In this document: piece after piece, positions 38,424-47,362 of the stretch
Layout: every line of letters begins with the position of its first letter
How positions within the stretch are numbered: the stretch's first letter is position 1
Origin: Luteolibacter sp.
GTDB taxonomy: Bacteria > Verrucomicrobiota > Verrucomicrobiia > Verrucomicrobiales > Akkermansiaceae
Direction: 5' to 3'
NCBI GenBank assembly: GCA_041549835.1
Contig: JBFEQB010000004.1
Coordinates: 14,486 to 78,485, forward strand
Length of the DNA: 64,000 bases
The notes under the pieces: generated by a model
Databases searched by the model: none
What the model was told of the DNA's origin: nothing
Seen by the model: the letters and a program-made list of their open reading frames with translations, nothing else
Program-made: the position numbers and the translations under genes

Positions 38424-39383
38424 ATGAATAAAATTTTCCGCCACTGGATGGTCGCCGCAGCCGGAGCCGTGATCGCCTTCGGCTTCAGTTCCTGCGCCTA
38501 TGACCCTTACTATTCGTCGGTCGGCGGATCCTACAGTTCCGGCTACGGCGACGGCTATGGATATGGCGGCAGCAATTTCTCCACCTCGCTGTTCATCAAC
38601 ACCGGCGATCCCCGCTGGGGCTACGATCCCTACTGTCGCAGCTATTATGATTACCGCAGCCGCCGCTACTACGATCCCTACCTCTATGGCTACTACCCCG
38701 TTGGCTATCGTCCGGTGGTTGTGGTTGGTGCGCCTCACCCGCATGGCTGGCGTCCGGGTCGCCGCTACTGCCCGCCTCCAAAAAAGGTCAGAAACGTGAC
38801 GGTGGTGAAGTATCGCGATCGCGAGTCCGCCTACCGGAATTCCAAATACTCGTGGGCCAAGCAAGTGCGGGCGAAACCGCGCTCACAAACCCATATCCGG
38901 AGCCAAGGCCCAAGCCGCAGCAGCTATCGCAGCCCGGCAACCTACAACCGGACCTCGCCCTACCGCGGCAACGCTTCCCCAAGCCGTTCCAATTACCAAC
39001 ACCGTAAGTCGTCCTACCGTGACAGCTCGAATTCTTCAACCCGATCCTCATCCCGGTCGCGCAACTCATCAGGAAACTACTCATCCCCAAACCGCAGCCA
39101 CAACGCCCGCCCCCAAACCGGGAATCCGGACTACCACCCGCAAAGAAGCAGCCGCAACACCCCGGTCACCGGCACAGCGACACGCCAGACCTATACCCGC
39201 CAGCGGGAATCCAGCAGCCGCAATCGCTCGACAGAGCCAGCCACTCGAAGTCGTCCACCCAGCACCCGCCAACCGGCCCGACCGGGGCCCGGCTACCAGC
39301 GCGACAAAAAGGGTAACAGCGGTCAACCATCCAAATCGAAACAGGATAAGAAACGCGCCATCAGAGGCCTCGGACAGGGCTGA
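38424..39383 (+). CDS. low-complexity lipoprotein: Tyr/Gly-rich N-terminal part, Arg/Ser-rich basic C-terminal part (hypothetical)
   Basis: 319-aa ORF. Signal plus lipobox (AFGFSSC), then YDPYY..GYGDGYGYGG..RYYDPYLYGYYPVGY, then about 200 aa dominated by R/S/N/P/T/Y. Confidence 0.5.
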   Translation: MNKIFRHWMVAAAGAVIAFGFSSCAYDPYYSSVGGSYSSGYGDGYGYGGSNFSTSLFINTGDPRWGYDPYCRSYYDYRSRRYYDPYLYGYYPVGYRPVVVVGAPHPHGWRPGRRYCPPPKKVRNVTVVKYRDRESAYRNSKYSWAKQVRAKPRSQTHIRSQGPSRSSYRSPATYNRTSPYRGNASPSRSNYQHRKSSYRDSSNSSTRSSSRSRNSSGNYSSPNRSHNARPQTGNPDYHPQRSSRNTPVTGTATRQTYTRQRESSSRNRSTEPATRSRPPSTRQPARPGPGYQRDKKGNSGQPSKSKQDKKRAIRGLGQG

Positions 39384-39401
39384 TTTTCAGCAACCCGCCA
39401 T

Positions 39402-40127
39402 TCACTCCTCCTCCCGCCGCGCCCGCTCGCGGCGGAGACGCTCCAACGTCACGCGGGGGCGCAGGATCCACCGGCCGTAGATCCACCCCGCAAGCCCGCC
39501 GCCAAGGTGACAGGCATGGCCCATTTGAAACCACGCGCCCGTGCCGTGATCGACAAGTATCTCACCGATGCCGGAGAAACCGGGCAATCCCAAATCGGGA
39601 TTGATCAGCGCGAGCACCAACTCCGCCAACAGGATGCCCATCCCGAGGCTTCGGCCTGAAACCAGCACCGGAAACATCCGCGACTCCGGCGAAAGCGTGG
39701 TCAACAATAACAGCAGCGCCAAGCCTGCGCCGGAAAACCCGACCAACAGCCCGGATCCGAGCAGCAGATGGCAAACGCCGCCTCCCAGCACCCCCGCGAG
39801 CAACACCCTCACCATCGCCAACCGACCCACCATCACCTCGATTCGCGAACCGATCACCAAAACGAACAACGCGTTCAGTCCGGCATGCCACCATCCACCG
39901 TGCAGAAACCCATGGCTGAAAACCTGCCAGACTTTTCCGGCCAGGAATCCCGCACGGCTCAAGCCCAGGTTTTGATACCACCAACTCAACGAGTCAGGAC
40001 CACCCCCAATGGCGACCATCGCCTGAATTCCCAGAATCACTCCTACCCATGCCCACGAGACGGGCGAGTGGAGAATCTGTCGCAATTGCCGGCCCGCATT
40101 TGAACTTAACCCACCGGAGCCGTGCAT
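39402..40127 (-). CDS. rhomboid-family intramembrane serine protease
   Basis: 241-aa polytopic ORF. ..FLHGGWWHAGLN.., GFSGAGLALL (GxSG catalytic Ser) and a downstream His in ..CHLGGGLAGW... Confidence 0.8.
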   Translation of the reverse strand: MHGSGGLSSNAGRQLRQILHSPVSWAWVGVILGIQAMVAIGGGPDSLSWWYQNLGLSRAGFLAGKVWQVFSHGFLHGGWWHAGLNALFVLVIGSRIEVMVGRLAMVRVLLAGVLGGGVCHLLLGSGLLVGFSGAGLALLLLLTTLSPESRMFPVLVSGRSLGMGILLAELVLALINPDLGLPGFSGIGEILVDHGTGAWFQMGHACHLGGGLAGWIYGRWILRPRVTLERLRRERARREEE

Positions 40128-40157
40128 GATGGGGGACGATGGGTGTGAATCCGGCGA

Positions 40158-40727
40158 TTACTCGACAACCCGCGCGCGCGGTTCACGACGGACCGTGTCT
40201 TCGCCACCAGCGCAAGTCACAAACGGGCCACCTTCCAGCGGGGCCACGCCCGAGAACGCCACATCCGGCATGTCCGATGGTCTGCCCGCCAGAGGGAAAT
40301 CCTTTCGCAATGGGAAAAACGGATACCCTTCCCACATCAGGATCCGCTTGAGATTCGGGTGCCCCGAAAACGGAATCCCCATCATGTCCCAGACCTCGCG
40401 CTCATGCCAATCCGCACCCGCCCAGAGATCCGTGACCGACGGCACTTCCTCGTCCTCGGCAAACGCCGCCTTCACCCGTAGGCGCCTGCTGTCGTCCAGC
40501 GCGGCGATTTCATAGACCATTTCAAACCGTGGATCCTCACCGAAATGATCGACACTCGAAATATCCAGCACCATTTCATAGCCGAACTCGTTCCGGCATT
40601 GCGCCAACACCTCGTGCAGCGCGGCCGGCTCCACGTAAAGCGTCTGCTCGCCGCGGAACTCCACGGTTTTCAAGATCTTTGCTCCGAAGGCGTCCTGGAG
40701 CTGGGTGACATCGGTGGTGGCGGACAT
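40158..40727 (-). CDS. nuoC: NADH-quinone oxidoreductase subunit C
   Basis: 189-aa ORF. ..PSVTDLWAGADWHEREVWDMMGIPFSGHP..R... Confidence 0.88.
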   Translation of the reverse strand: MSATTDVTQLQDAFGAKILKTVEFRGEQTLYVEPAALHEVLAQCRNEFGYEMVLDISSVDHFGEDPRFEMVYEIAALDDSRRLRVKAAFAEDEEVPSVTDLWAGADWHEREVWDMMGIPFSGHPNLKRILMWEGYPFFPLRKDFPLAGRPSDMPDVAFSGVAPLEGGPFVTCAGGEDTVRREPRARVVE

Positions 40728-40742
40728 GGCGTTAAATTGAGT

Positions 40743-41279
40743 TCAAGAAACCTCTTCGAAAAATGAAGCCTTCTGGGCCATGGTGGATTGCTCGCCCTCG
40801 ATCTTCTCCTGCACCTTCATCAAGCCTTCGATCAAAGCCTCGGGGCGTGGAGGACAGCCGGAAATATACACGTCCACCGGGATCAACTGGTCGATCCCCT
40901 GCAACACCGCATAACTGCGATACATGCCGCCGCTCGACGCGCAGGCACCCATCGCGATGCACCATTTCGGCTCCGGCATCTGGTCCCAGATCCGTTTCAC
41001 CGCCAGCGCCATCTTATAAGTCACCGTCCCGGAAACGATCAACACGTCCGCCTGCCGCGGCGAAAAACGCATCACTTCCATCCCGAAACGCGACAAATCG
41101 AAACGCGAACACGCGCTCGCCATCATCTCGATCGCGCAACAGGCCAGCCCCATCGGCATCGGCCACATCGAGTTCTTGCGCATCCAATTGATGGCGGCAT
41201 CCACGCGGGTGATAATCACATTGCCCTCGATCTTCGAATCGTAGGCGGTGTGAACGGTGTTGGAGGAGTGACTGACCAT
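40743..41279 (-). CDS. nuoB: NADH-quinone oxidoreductase subunit B
   Basis: ..[15 protein letters not shown].., ..GACASSGG.., ..GCPPRPE.. (N2 cluster ligands). ATG 41279 is preferred over the track start. Confidence 0.9.
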   Translation of the reverse strand: MVSHSSNTVHTAYDSKIEGNVIITRVDAAINWMRKNSMWPMPMGLACCAIEMMASACSRFDLSRFGMEVMRFSPRQADVLIVSGTVTYKMALAVKRIWDQMPEPKWCIAMGACASSGGMYRSYAVLQGIDQLIPVDVYISGCPPRPEALIEGLMKVQEKIEGEQSTMAQKASFFEEVS

Positions 41280-41427
41280 GGCTGAAATCCGGCTGCGGCG
41301 CACTTTTGCCCGCCATCCCCCGCTCCTCAAGCCGATTGTGAAAAAACCGTGGCGTCGGTTTGCACTCGCCGCACCCCCGGCCACGCAATCGCTTGCTCCG
41401 CATCCACATCACGCCTATCCCTCACCC

Positions 41428-44400
41428 GTGTCCCGCACGGACCTTCCCGCGCACGGCTGGCTCCGCCGCGCCGTGACCCACCCGGATTTCGCAGCGCGCC
41501 TGGCCCCATGGGCCATCGGCAAAGGCGAACTCGTGCTCGATCATTCGGCAGAAGCCTCCCATGCGTTTCTCGCCGCCCTCGTTTGCGAGGCTGCCGCAGA
41601 CCGAAAAAAACCTCGAGTCTGGCTGGTCTGCGACATGCCACGCCACCGCGAACGCCTCGCCGCCGAGATGGAGCTCTGGGGCACCAACGCCCTCGTCCTG
41701 CCCGACCCGCCCACCGAGACCGGCGACGGCACCATCGCCGATCCCGAGTCCGCCGCCGAGTGGTTCGCCGTGCTGGAAATCCTCGCCCGCTCGGAATCCT
41801 GCACCGTGCTCTGCGGCAGTGACGCATTTCCCGGCAAGGCTCCCTCCCCCGCCGCACTGCGCTCCAGCCGCACCGCCCTTAAACCCGGCTCCACCCTCGA
41901 TCCCGGGGAACTCGCCAAATCCCTCGCTGGCCATGGATACGAACGCGTCCCGACCGTCGCCGCCCGCGGCCAGTTCGCCGTGCGCGGCGGCATCATCGAC
42001 CTCTTCGCCTGGCAGGCCGCCAAACCGCTGCGCCTCGAATTCTTCGACATCGACCTCGAGTCGATCCGCGAGTTCGACCTCGATTCCCAAGCCTCCACCA
42101 CGAAACTGCTAGAGGCGGAACTGCTACTCGCCGAGCCCGCCGCCGAGGCCACCGTCGCCGATTACAAACGTCCCGGCGACCTGGTCGTTTCCTTCGCCGC
42201 GGAAATCGCCCGCCCCGACGTCCGCATCCTCGAGGACGCCGCCGGGTATAACAGCGAGGAGGATTTCACCCTCGCCTCCTACGGCAGTCCGCTCGGCACC
42301 TTCGAGGCCGGGGATTTCGTGTTGGAGGAACTCCGCCGCGAGCATTTTTTCCGCCAGCTCAATGACTGGAAACGCGACGGCTGGGACATCGCCATGGTCT
42401 TTTCCAACAAAGGCGAGCAGGAGCGTTTCTCCGAACTCGCCGGCAAGGACCTCGAACGCGACCTCGGCCTCACTCCTATCCGCGGCGAACTCATGGCCGG
42501 GTTCACTCTGCCCGTCATCAAGCTCGCCGTCCTGTCATCTTCCGAACTCTTCGGCCGCTACCGCACCCCCGGAACCGCGCGCCGCAGCACGCTCGAAAAA
42601 GCCCGCGCCGCTCGTGCCCGCGCCACGCTCGACGAAATGGAAGAGGGCGACCTCGTCGTCCACTACGAATACGGCCTCGCCCGTTTCCGCGGCGTCCAGC
42701 AGGGCGACGATGGCGAGGAACTCGTTCTCGAATACCGCGACGGCGCACTGCTTGGTGTGCCGTTAGAGCAGGCCCACCTCGTCGGCAAATACGTCGGCAT
42801 GGGCGGCAAAACGCCGGACCTCAACAAACTCGGCGGCACCGCATGGAAGAACGCCCGCAAGGCCGCCGAGAAATCCATCCTCGACTACGCCGCCCAACTC
42901 CTCCGCGTGCAGGCCGAACGCCAGCATGAACCCGGCTTCGCCCACCCGGCGGACACCAAGTGGATGTGGGAGTTCGAGCGATCGTTCCACTACACCGAGA
43001 CCGCCGACCAACGCCGTGCGATCGAAGAAACCAAACACGATCAGGAAACCCCGCGCCCGATGGACCGCCTGATCTGCGGCGATGTGGGATTCGGCAAAAC
43101 CGAGGTCGCCATCCGTGCCGCCTTCAAGACGATCACCTCCGGCAAACAAGCCGCCATCCTCGTCCCCACCACCGTGCTCGCGGAGCAACACTGGCGCACC
43201 TTCCGCGAACGCATGTCGGACTATCCGATCCGCGTCGATCTGCTCAACCGCTTCCGCACACCATCGCAAATCCGCAACACCATTCAAGGCATCGCAGACG
43301 GCTCGGTGGACCTCGTCATCGGCACCCACCGCCTCGTTTCCGGCGACGTCCATTTCAAGGACCTCGGCCTCGTCGTCGTCGATGAAGAGCAACGCTTCGG
43401 CGTCGCCCATAAGGAAAAATTCAAACAACTCTTCCGCCAGGTGGATGTGCTGACACTTTCCGCCACGCCCATCCCGCGCACGCTCTACATGGCGCTGATG
43501 GGTGCGCGCGACATGTCGACCATCGAAACACCGCCGCCCAACCGCGTCCCGGTTGCCACCACCGTTTGCGCCTATGACGAACGCGTCATCCGGGATGCCA
43601 TCCGCCGCGAGATGAAACGCGGCGGCCAGGTATTCTTCCTCCACAACCGCGTCAAAACCATCGACCAGATGGCCTCACGCATCCGCGAACTCGTGCCCGA
43701 AGCCCGCATTCTCATCGGCCACGGCCAGATGGACAAAGCCGAACTCGAAGTCGTCATGCACACCTTCGTCAAGGGCGAGGCTGATGTTCTGTTAGCCACC
43801 ACCATCATCGAGACCGGCATCGACATCCCGAACGCCAACACCATCCTCATCGACCGCGCCGACCGCTTCGGCCTCGCCGACCTCTATCAACTCCGCGGCC
43901 GCGTCGGCCGTGCCGGGGAAAAAGCCTACGCCATCCTCCTACTGCCGCGCGACATGATGACCCAGGGTGACGCGCGCAAGCGCATCCACGCCATCAAGCA
44001 ATACACCGCCCTCGGCTCCGGCTTCAAAATCGCCATGCGCGACCTTGAAATCCGCGGCGCGGGAAACCTGCTGGGCACCAAGCAGTCCGGCCACATCGCC
44101 CAGATCGGCTTCGACCTCTACTGCCAACTCCTCCGCCAGTCCGTCGATCGCCTGAAAGGCCGCAAAGACGCCCCTCGTGGCGAGGCCACCTTCAAGGCAG
44201 ACTTCGTGGTCACCACGGAAACGCAGTTTCTTAATTCAAAATCCAAAATCCAAAATTCAACATTGGAGATCCTTCCCGCCTTCCTGCCGGCCGCCTGGCT
44301 CACCGAAACCCAGCTGCGCATCGCCGCCTACCGCGAACTCTCCGAAGCCGGCACCGAAAAAGCCGTCGATGCCCTCGAAACCTCTTGGCGCGACCGCTTC

Positions 44401-44622
44401 GGCCGCATCCCGGATGCGACTGCAAACCTCCTGCTCATCGCCCGCATCAAGGCCCTTGCCGCCGCCGAGCGCATCGCCTCCGTCGAGATCAGCGGCCAGC
44501 GCCTCATGCTCCACCGCGGCGGCGACTATATTCTGCTCGAAGGCCGCCGCTTCCCACGCCTCAAGGCCGCCAGCCCACAGGGCAAACTCGCGGAAACCAT
44601 CGGGATGCTGCGAGCGTTTTGA
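41428..44622 (+). CDS. mfd: transcription-repair coupling factor
   Basis: ..[11 protein letters not shown].. (SF2 motif I), ..[10 protein letters not shown].., ..LSATPIPRT.., the C-terminal TRCF domain and ..DRFGRIP... Start is uncertain: ATG 41278 would overlap the nuoB start, and GTG 41428 or GTG 41473 fit Mfd N-termini better. Confidence 0.9.
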   Translation: MSRTDLPAHGWLRRAVTHPDFAARLAPWAIGKGELVLDHSAEASHAFLAALVCEAAADRKKPRVWLVCDMPRHRERLAAEMELWGTNALVLPDPPTETGDGTIADPESAAEWFAVLEILARSESCTVLCGSDAFPGKAPSPAALRSSRTALKPGSTLDPGELAKSLAGHGYERVPTVAARGQFAVRGGIIDLFAWQAAKPLRLEFFDIDLESIREFDLDSQASTTKLLEAELLLAEPAAEATVADYKRPGDLVVSFAAEIARPDVRILEDAAGYNSEEDFTLASYGSPLGTFEAGDFVLEELRREHFFRQLNDWKRDGWDIAMVFSNKGEQERFSELAGKDLERDLGLTPIRGELMAGFTLPVIKLAVLSSSELFGRYRTPGTARRSTLEKARAARARATLDEMEEGDLVVHYEYGLARFRGVQQGDDGEELVLEYRDGALLGVPLEQAHLVGKYVGMGGKTPDLNKLGGTAWKNARKAAEKSILDYAAQLLRVQAERQHEPGFAHPADTKWMWEFERSFHYTETADQRRAIEETKHDQETPRPMDRLICGDVGFGKTEVAIRAAFKTITSGKQAAILVPTTVLAEQHWRTFRERMSDYPIRVDLLNRFRTPSQIRNTIQGIADGSVDLVIGTHRLVSGDVHFKDLGLVVVDEEQRFGVAHKEKFKQLFRQVDVLTLSATPIPRTLYMALMGARDMSTIETPPPNRVPVATTVCAYDERVIRDAIRREMKRGGQVFFLHNRVKTIDQMASRIRELVPEARILIGHGQMDKAELEVVMHTFVKGEADVLLATTIIETGIDIPNANTILIDRADRFGLADLYQLRGRVGRAGEKAYAILLLPRDMMTQGDARKRIHAIKQYTALGSGFKIAMRDLEIRGAGNLLGTKQSGHIAQIGFDLYCQLLRQSVDRLKGRKDAPRGEATFKADFVVTTETQFLNSKSKIQNSTLEILPAFLPAAWLTETQLRIAAYRELSEAGTEKAVDALETSWRDRFGRIPDATANLLLIARIKALAAAERIASVEISGQRLMLHRGGDYILLEGRRFPRLKAASPQGKLAETIGMLRAF
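44237..44264 (+). repeat. G-free 4x7-nt tandem heptad (CAAAATC CAAAATC CAAAATT CAACATT) inside mfd
   Basis: Read directly from the sequence. Only the 28-nt heptad core is strictly G-free; it lies in an AT-rich tract (44226-44264) inside a GC-rich gene. Same architecture as 174-201. Confidence 0.7.
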
Positions 44623-44965
44623 GTAAGAAACGGCGGAATCTTCTCCGCCGCAAGGCAAGGGGATGCGCTCGCCGACATCAAGATCGCCGCCAATGACGCG
44701 ATCCCCACCGATGCTCACCGGGGAAACACCGGCACACATTTCGATCAGACTTCCACCCGAAAGACTCGCGTAATGAAGCGGTGGATCCATGTGGTTCGGG
44801 CAGGCGGGAGTGATGGTCATGATGCAGGTTTGAAAAAAATGTGTGCATTGAAAGCCAAGCGCCTCTCGAAGACAGTCGGATAGACGGAATGGCGAACTCA
44901 CGGAGATGCCGGGTTCAGGAAAGATTTCCATCGCCACGGGTCCGCGCTATGGTCTCGCCGCACCC

Positions 44966-45376
44966 ATGCAAAACCCGATTTCCTCCGAAAAAACCGCCGA
45001 CCTGGAGAGGCGCCTTGCCGCGCTGGGCATCACGGAGAGCGACCTGTTGGAAAAATTCGTCCGTGGCTCCGGGGCCGGCGGGCAGAAGATCAACAAGACC
45101 TCCAACTGCGTCTTTCTCAAACACCTGCCCAGCGGCGTCTGCATCAAGTGCCAGATGGACCGCTCGCGCGAAATGAACCGCTTCCTCGCCCGCCGCGAAC
45201 TCTGCGAACAGCTCGAAGCCATCCGCGACGGTCGCGCCAGCGCCAAAACCCAGGCCATCGAGAAAATGCGCCGCCAGAAACGCCAGCGCTCACGCCGCTC
45301 GAAACAACGCTCGGTGGCCGATAAACGCCTGCTCTCGCAAAAGAAATCCCTGCGCCGCCCGCCTGCGCGGGATTGA
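44966..45376 (+). CDS. ArfB-like GGQ-domain peptidyl-tRNA hydrolase (release-factor family rescue factor)
   Basis: 136 aa from ATG 44966. SGAGGQKINKTSNCV GGQ motif and a strongly basic C-terminal tail (RRQKRQRSRRSKQRS..). Confidence 0.65.
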   Translation: MQNPISSEKTADLERRLAALGITESDLLEKFVRGSGAGGQKINKTSNCVFLKHLPSGVCIKCQMDRSREMNRFLARRELCEQLEAIRDGRASAKTQAIEKMRRQKRQRSRRSKQRSVADKRLLSQKKSLRRPPARD

Positions 45377-45398
45377 GCAAAACCTGCCCGTCCAACAC
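45266..45398 (+). repeat. direct repeat copy X (3' end of the ArfB-like gene plus about 25 nt downstream)
   Basis: Aligns by eye with 46425-46541. The first 18 codons are about 80% identical, and the block GGATTGAGCAAA..CTGCCC is shared. Confidence 0.65.
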
Positions 45399-45520
45399 CG
45401 CCGGTCACATGACCACCCGGCCCTGCAAACCCAACCACAGTGAACTCGCCGCCGAAGGCGAATTCCTAACAACTCAAGTTCCGGCTTCCCGCCTCCACCG
45501 CCGATCCTTACTTTTCAGCC

Positions 45521-46390
45521 ATGTGCTTGCGCCTCTTCGCCCTCGCCCTTTCCATCACCGGCACGCTCACCGGGACTCCGCTCGATCCGATTCCCCTGTG
45601 GCCCGGAGGCGCGCCTGGGGCGCTCGGAACCGCGGACACGGACACCCCCACCCTCACCGCCTTCCTGCCACCGGTGGAGAAACGCAACGGCGCGGCCATC
45701 GTCATCTGCCCCGGCGGCGGCTATGGCCACCTCGCCGCGCATGAGGGCGCGGGCTATGCCAAATGGCTGGCGGATCATGGCATCGCCGGAATCGTTTTGA
45801 AATATCGTCTCGGGTCGAAAGGCTATCGTCATCCCGCGATGCTTAACGACGCCGCCCGCGCCGTCCGCCTCACCCGCTCCAAGGCCGCTGATTGGAAGAT
45901 CGATCCCACACGCGTCGGGATCATGGGGTCCAGCGCCGGCGGACACCTCGCATCCACGCTGATCACCCATCACGATTCAGGCAAACCGGGCGACGCCGAT
46001 CCGGTGGAGCGGCTCAGCTCGCGCCCCGATATCGGCATTCTCTGCTACGCGGTCATCACCATGGGGGAGCATACTCACCAGGGTTCGAAGACCAATCTTC
46101 TGGGCAACACCCCCGCGCCGGAACTCGTGGACTGGCTCTCAGGCGAGAAGCAGGTCACCAAGGACACGCCGCCCTGCTTCATCTGGCACACTTGGGAAGA
46201 CAAGGCGGTCAAGGCCGAGAACTCGCTTGAGTTCGCCCTTGCCATGCGCCGTGCCGGAGTGCCGTTCGATCTCCACATCTATGAAAAGGGCGGCCACGGA
46301 ATCGGTCTCGGAGGGCGCTCTGGCAGCGAGATTCATCCATGGGCTGCGGATTGCCTCCACTGGCTGAAGATTCGGGGGTTCACGAAATAG
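45521..46390 (+). CDS. alpha/beta hydrolase (esterase/lipase-like, secreted)
   Basis: 289-aa ORF with a signal-like N-terminus. ..VICPGGGY.. oxyanion region and the GSSAGGHL nucleophile elbow (GxSxG). Confidence 0.75.
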   Translation: MCLRLFALALSITGTLTGTPLDPIPLWPGGAPGALGTADTDTPTLTAFLPPVEKRNGAAIVICPGGGYGHLAAHEGAGYAKWLADHGIAGIVLKYRLGSKGYRHPAMLNDAARAVRLTRSKAADWKIDPTRVGIMGSSAGGHLASTLITHHDSGKPGDADPVERLSSRPDIGILCYAVITMGEHTHQGSKTNLLGNTPAPELVDWLSGEKQVTKDTPPCFIWHTWEDKAVKAENSLEFALAMRRAGVPFDLHIYEKGGHGIGLGGRSGSEIHPWAADCLHWLKIRGFTK

Positions 46391-46424
46391 CCGGAAATCT
46401 CCGCCTTTGCCCATCTCCGCAGCC

Positions 46425-46541
46425 ATGATCCGCCGGAAACGCCCGCGCTCGCACCGCTCGAAACCACGCTCCGCTGCCGCCCCCCCGCTTTCCGCCAGAC
46501 AAGCCCTGCGCAGGATTGAGCAAAGTCTGCCCATTAAACGC
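46425..46541 (+). repeat. direct repeat copy Y (degenerate duplicate of the ArfB-like tail)
   Basis: Would encode MIRRKRPRSHRSKPRS.., versus MRRQKRQRSRRSKQRS.. in the real gene. A 12-nt deletion relative to copy X changes the frame and stop. Confidence 0.6.
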
Positions 46542-46594
46542 TCCCTGCGGTCTCCGGTCTTGCACAATCCCCGTCCAGACTTCATGCAAAGCCC

Positions 46595-47362
46595 ATGGAT
46601 CGCTGGTTTCTGATCGTCTCCACCCTGTTCGCCGTGATCGCGGCGGTGTGGGGCATGTTGTCGGTGCACCGCGGGAGCCGCAGCCGCTGGACGGTCAGCT
46701 GGATGGTGGCGGTGCTGATCTGCCAGGTGGCGTTCCTCTCGTTGCGGGGACAGGTGCGCGCCGCCTGTCCGCTGGCGGATTTCGGAGAGATCCTCGTCTT
46801 CCTCTCATGGTCGCTCACCTTGTTTTACCTGCTGGTGGGCACGGCTTACCGGATTTCACTGCTCGGGGTGTTCACCGCTCCGGTGGTGATGGTTTTCCAA
46901 ATCTGCGCCCTGATTCCCGGCATGCTCGATGCCAACCCGGCGCGCCTTTCCGGTGGCAACCCGTGGCACGAAACGCATGCGGCGACCTCGGTGCTCGGCT
47001 ACGGAGCCCTCGCCCTGGCCTCCGTCGCGGGCATCATGTTCCTGGTGCTCGACAAGCAACTCAAAGACCAACATTTAAAAAGCGGGCTCTTCCGCAACCT
47101 CCCCCCGGTTAGGGAACTGCTGGTCTCCTTGGAACGCTTGTTGTGGCTCGGGGGCGGACTGCTGACCATCGGCATCACCTCCGGTTTCATCATGCCGCAT
47201 GACTCCTCCGCGATCGGGCACCTGATCGCTGCGGTGGCCGTTTGGACGGGCTATGCGGTCTTACTGGGCGTCAAGACAGTGCGCGGCCTCACGGGGCGGC
47301 GGCTTTCATTGCTGACGGTCGTTCTGTTCGTGCTTTCACTCGGAGTTTTCGCATTCGTCTGA
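46595..47362 (+). CDS. cytochrome c assembly family membrane protein (CcsA-related, HemX/YpjD-like)
   Basis: 255-aa polytopic ORF. Its stop overlaps the hemA start (TGATG), the same association as Bacillus hemA-hemX. Confidence 0.65.
   Translation: MDRWFLIVSTLFAVIAAVWGMLSVHRGSRSRWTVSWMVAVLICQVAFLSLRGQVRAACPLADFGEILVFLSWSLTLFYLLVGTAYRISLLGVFTAPVVMVFQICALIPGMLDANPARLSGGNPWHETHAATSVLGYGALALASVAGIMFLVLDKQLKDQHLKSGLFRNLPPVRELLVSLERLLWLGGGLLTIGITSGFIMPHDSSAIGHLIAAVAVWTGYAVLLGVKTVRGLTGRRLSLLTVVLFVLSLGVFAFV

Noticed and set aside
41327-42152. Several 170-220-aa minus-strand ORFs at the mfd 5' region, examined as possible nuoA
   Set aside because: They are Arg/Gly/Ala-rich with no TM helices or NuoA motifs, and they overlap the mfd coding frame.
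44257-44937. 226-aa minus-strand ORF spanning the mfd 3' end and the mfd/ArfB-like gap (..IGGDRVIGGDLDVGE..)
   Set aside because: It overlaps about 365 nt of the well-supported mfd C-terminal domain and reads through the CGGCGGA/TCCGCCG hairpin at 44632-44651. No family was recognised. A short genuine minus-strand peptide in 44650-44830 cannot be excluded but is unsupported.
46407-46613. 68-aa highly basic ORF between the hydrolase and the ccsA-like gene as a real small protein
   Set aside because: It is best explained as a degenerate duplicate of the ArfB-like C-terminal tail (repeat copy Y). It lacks the GGQ domain and runs into the next gene's start in another frame.
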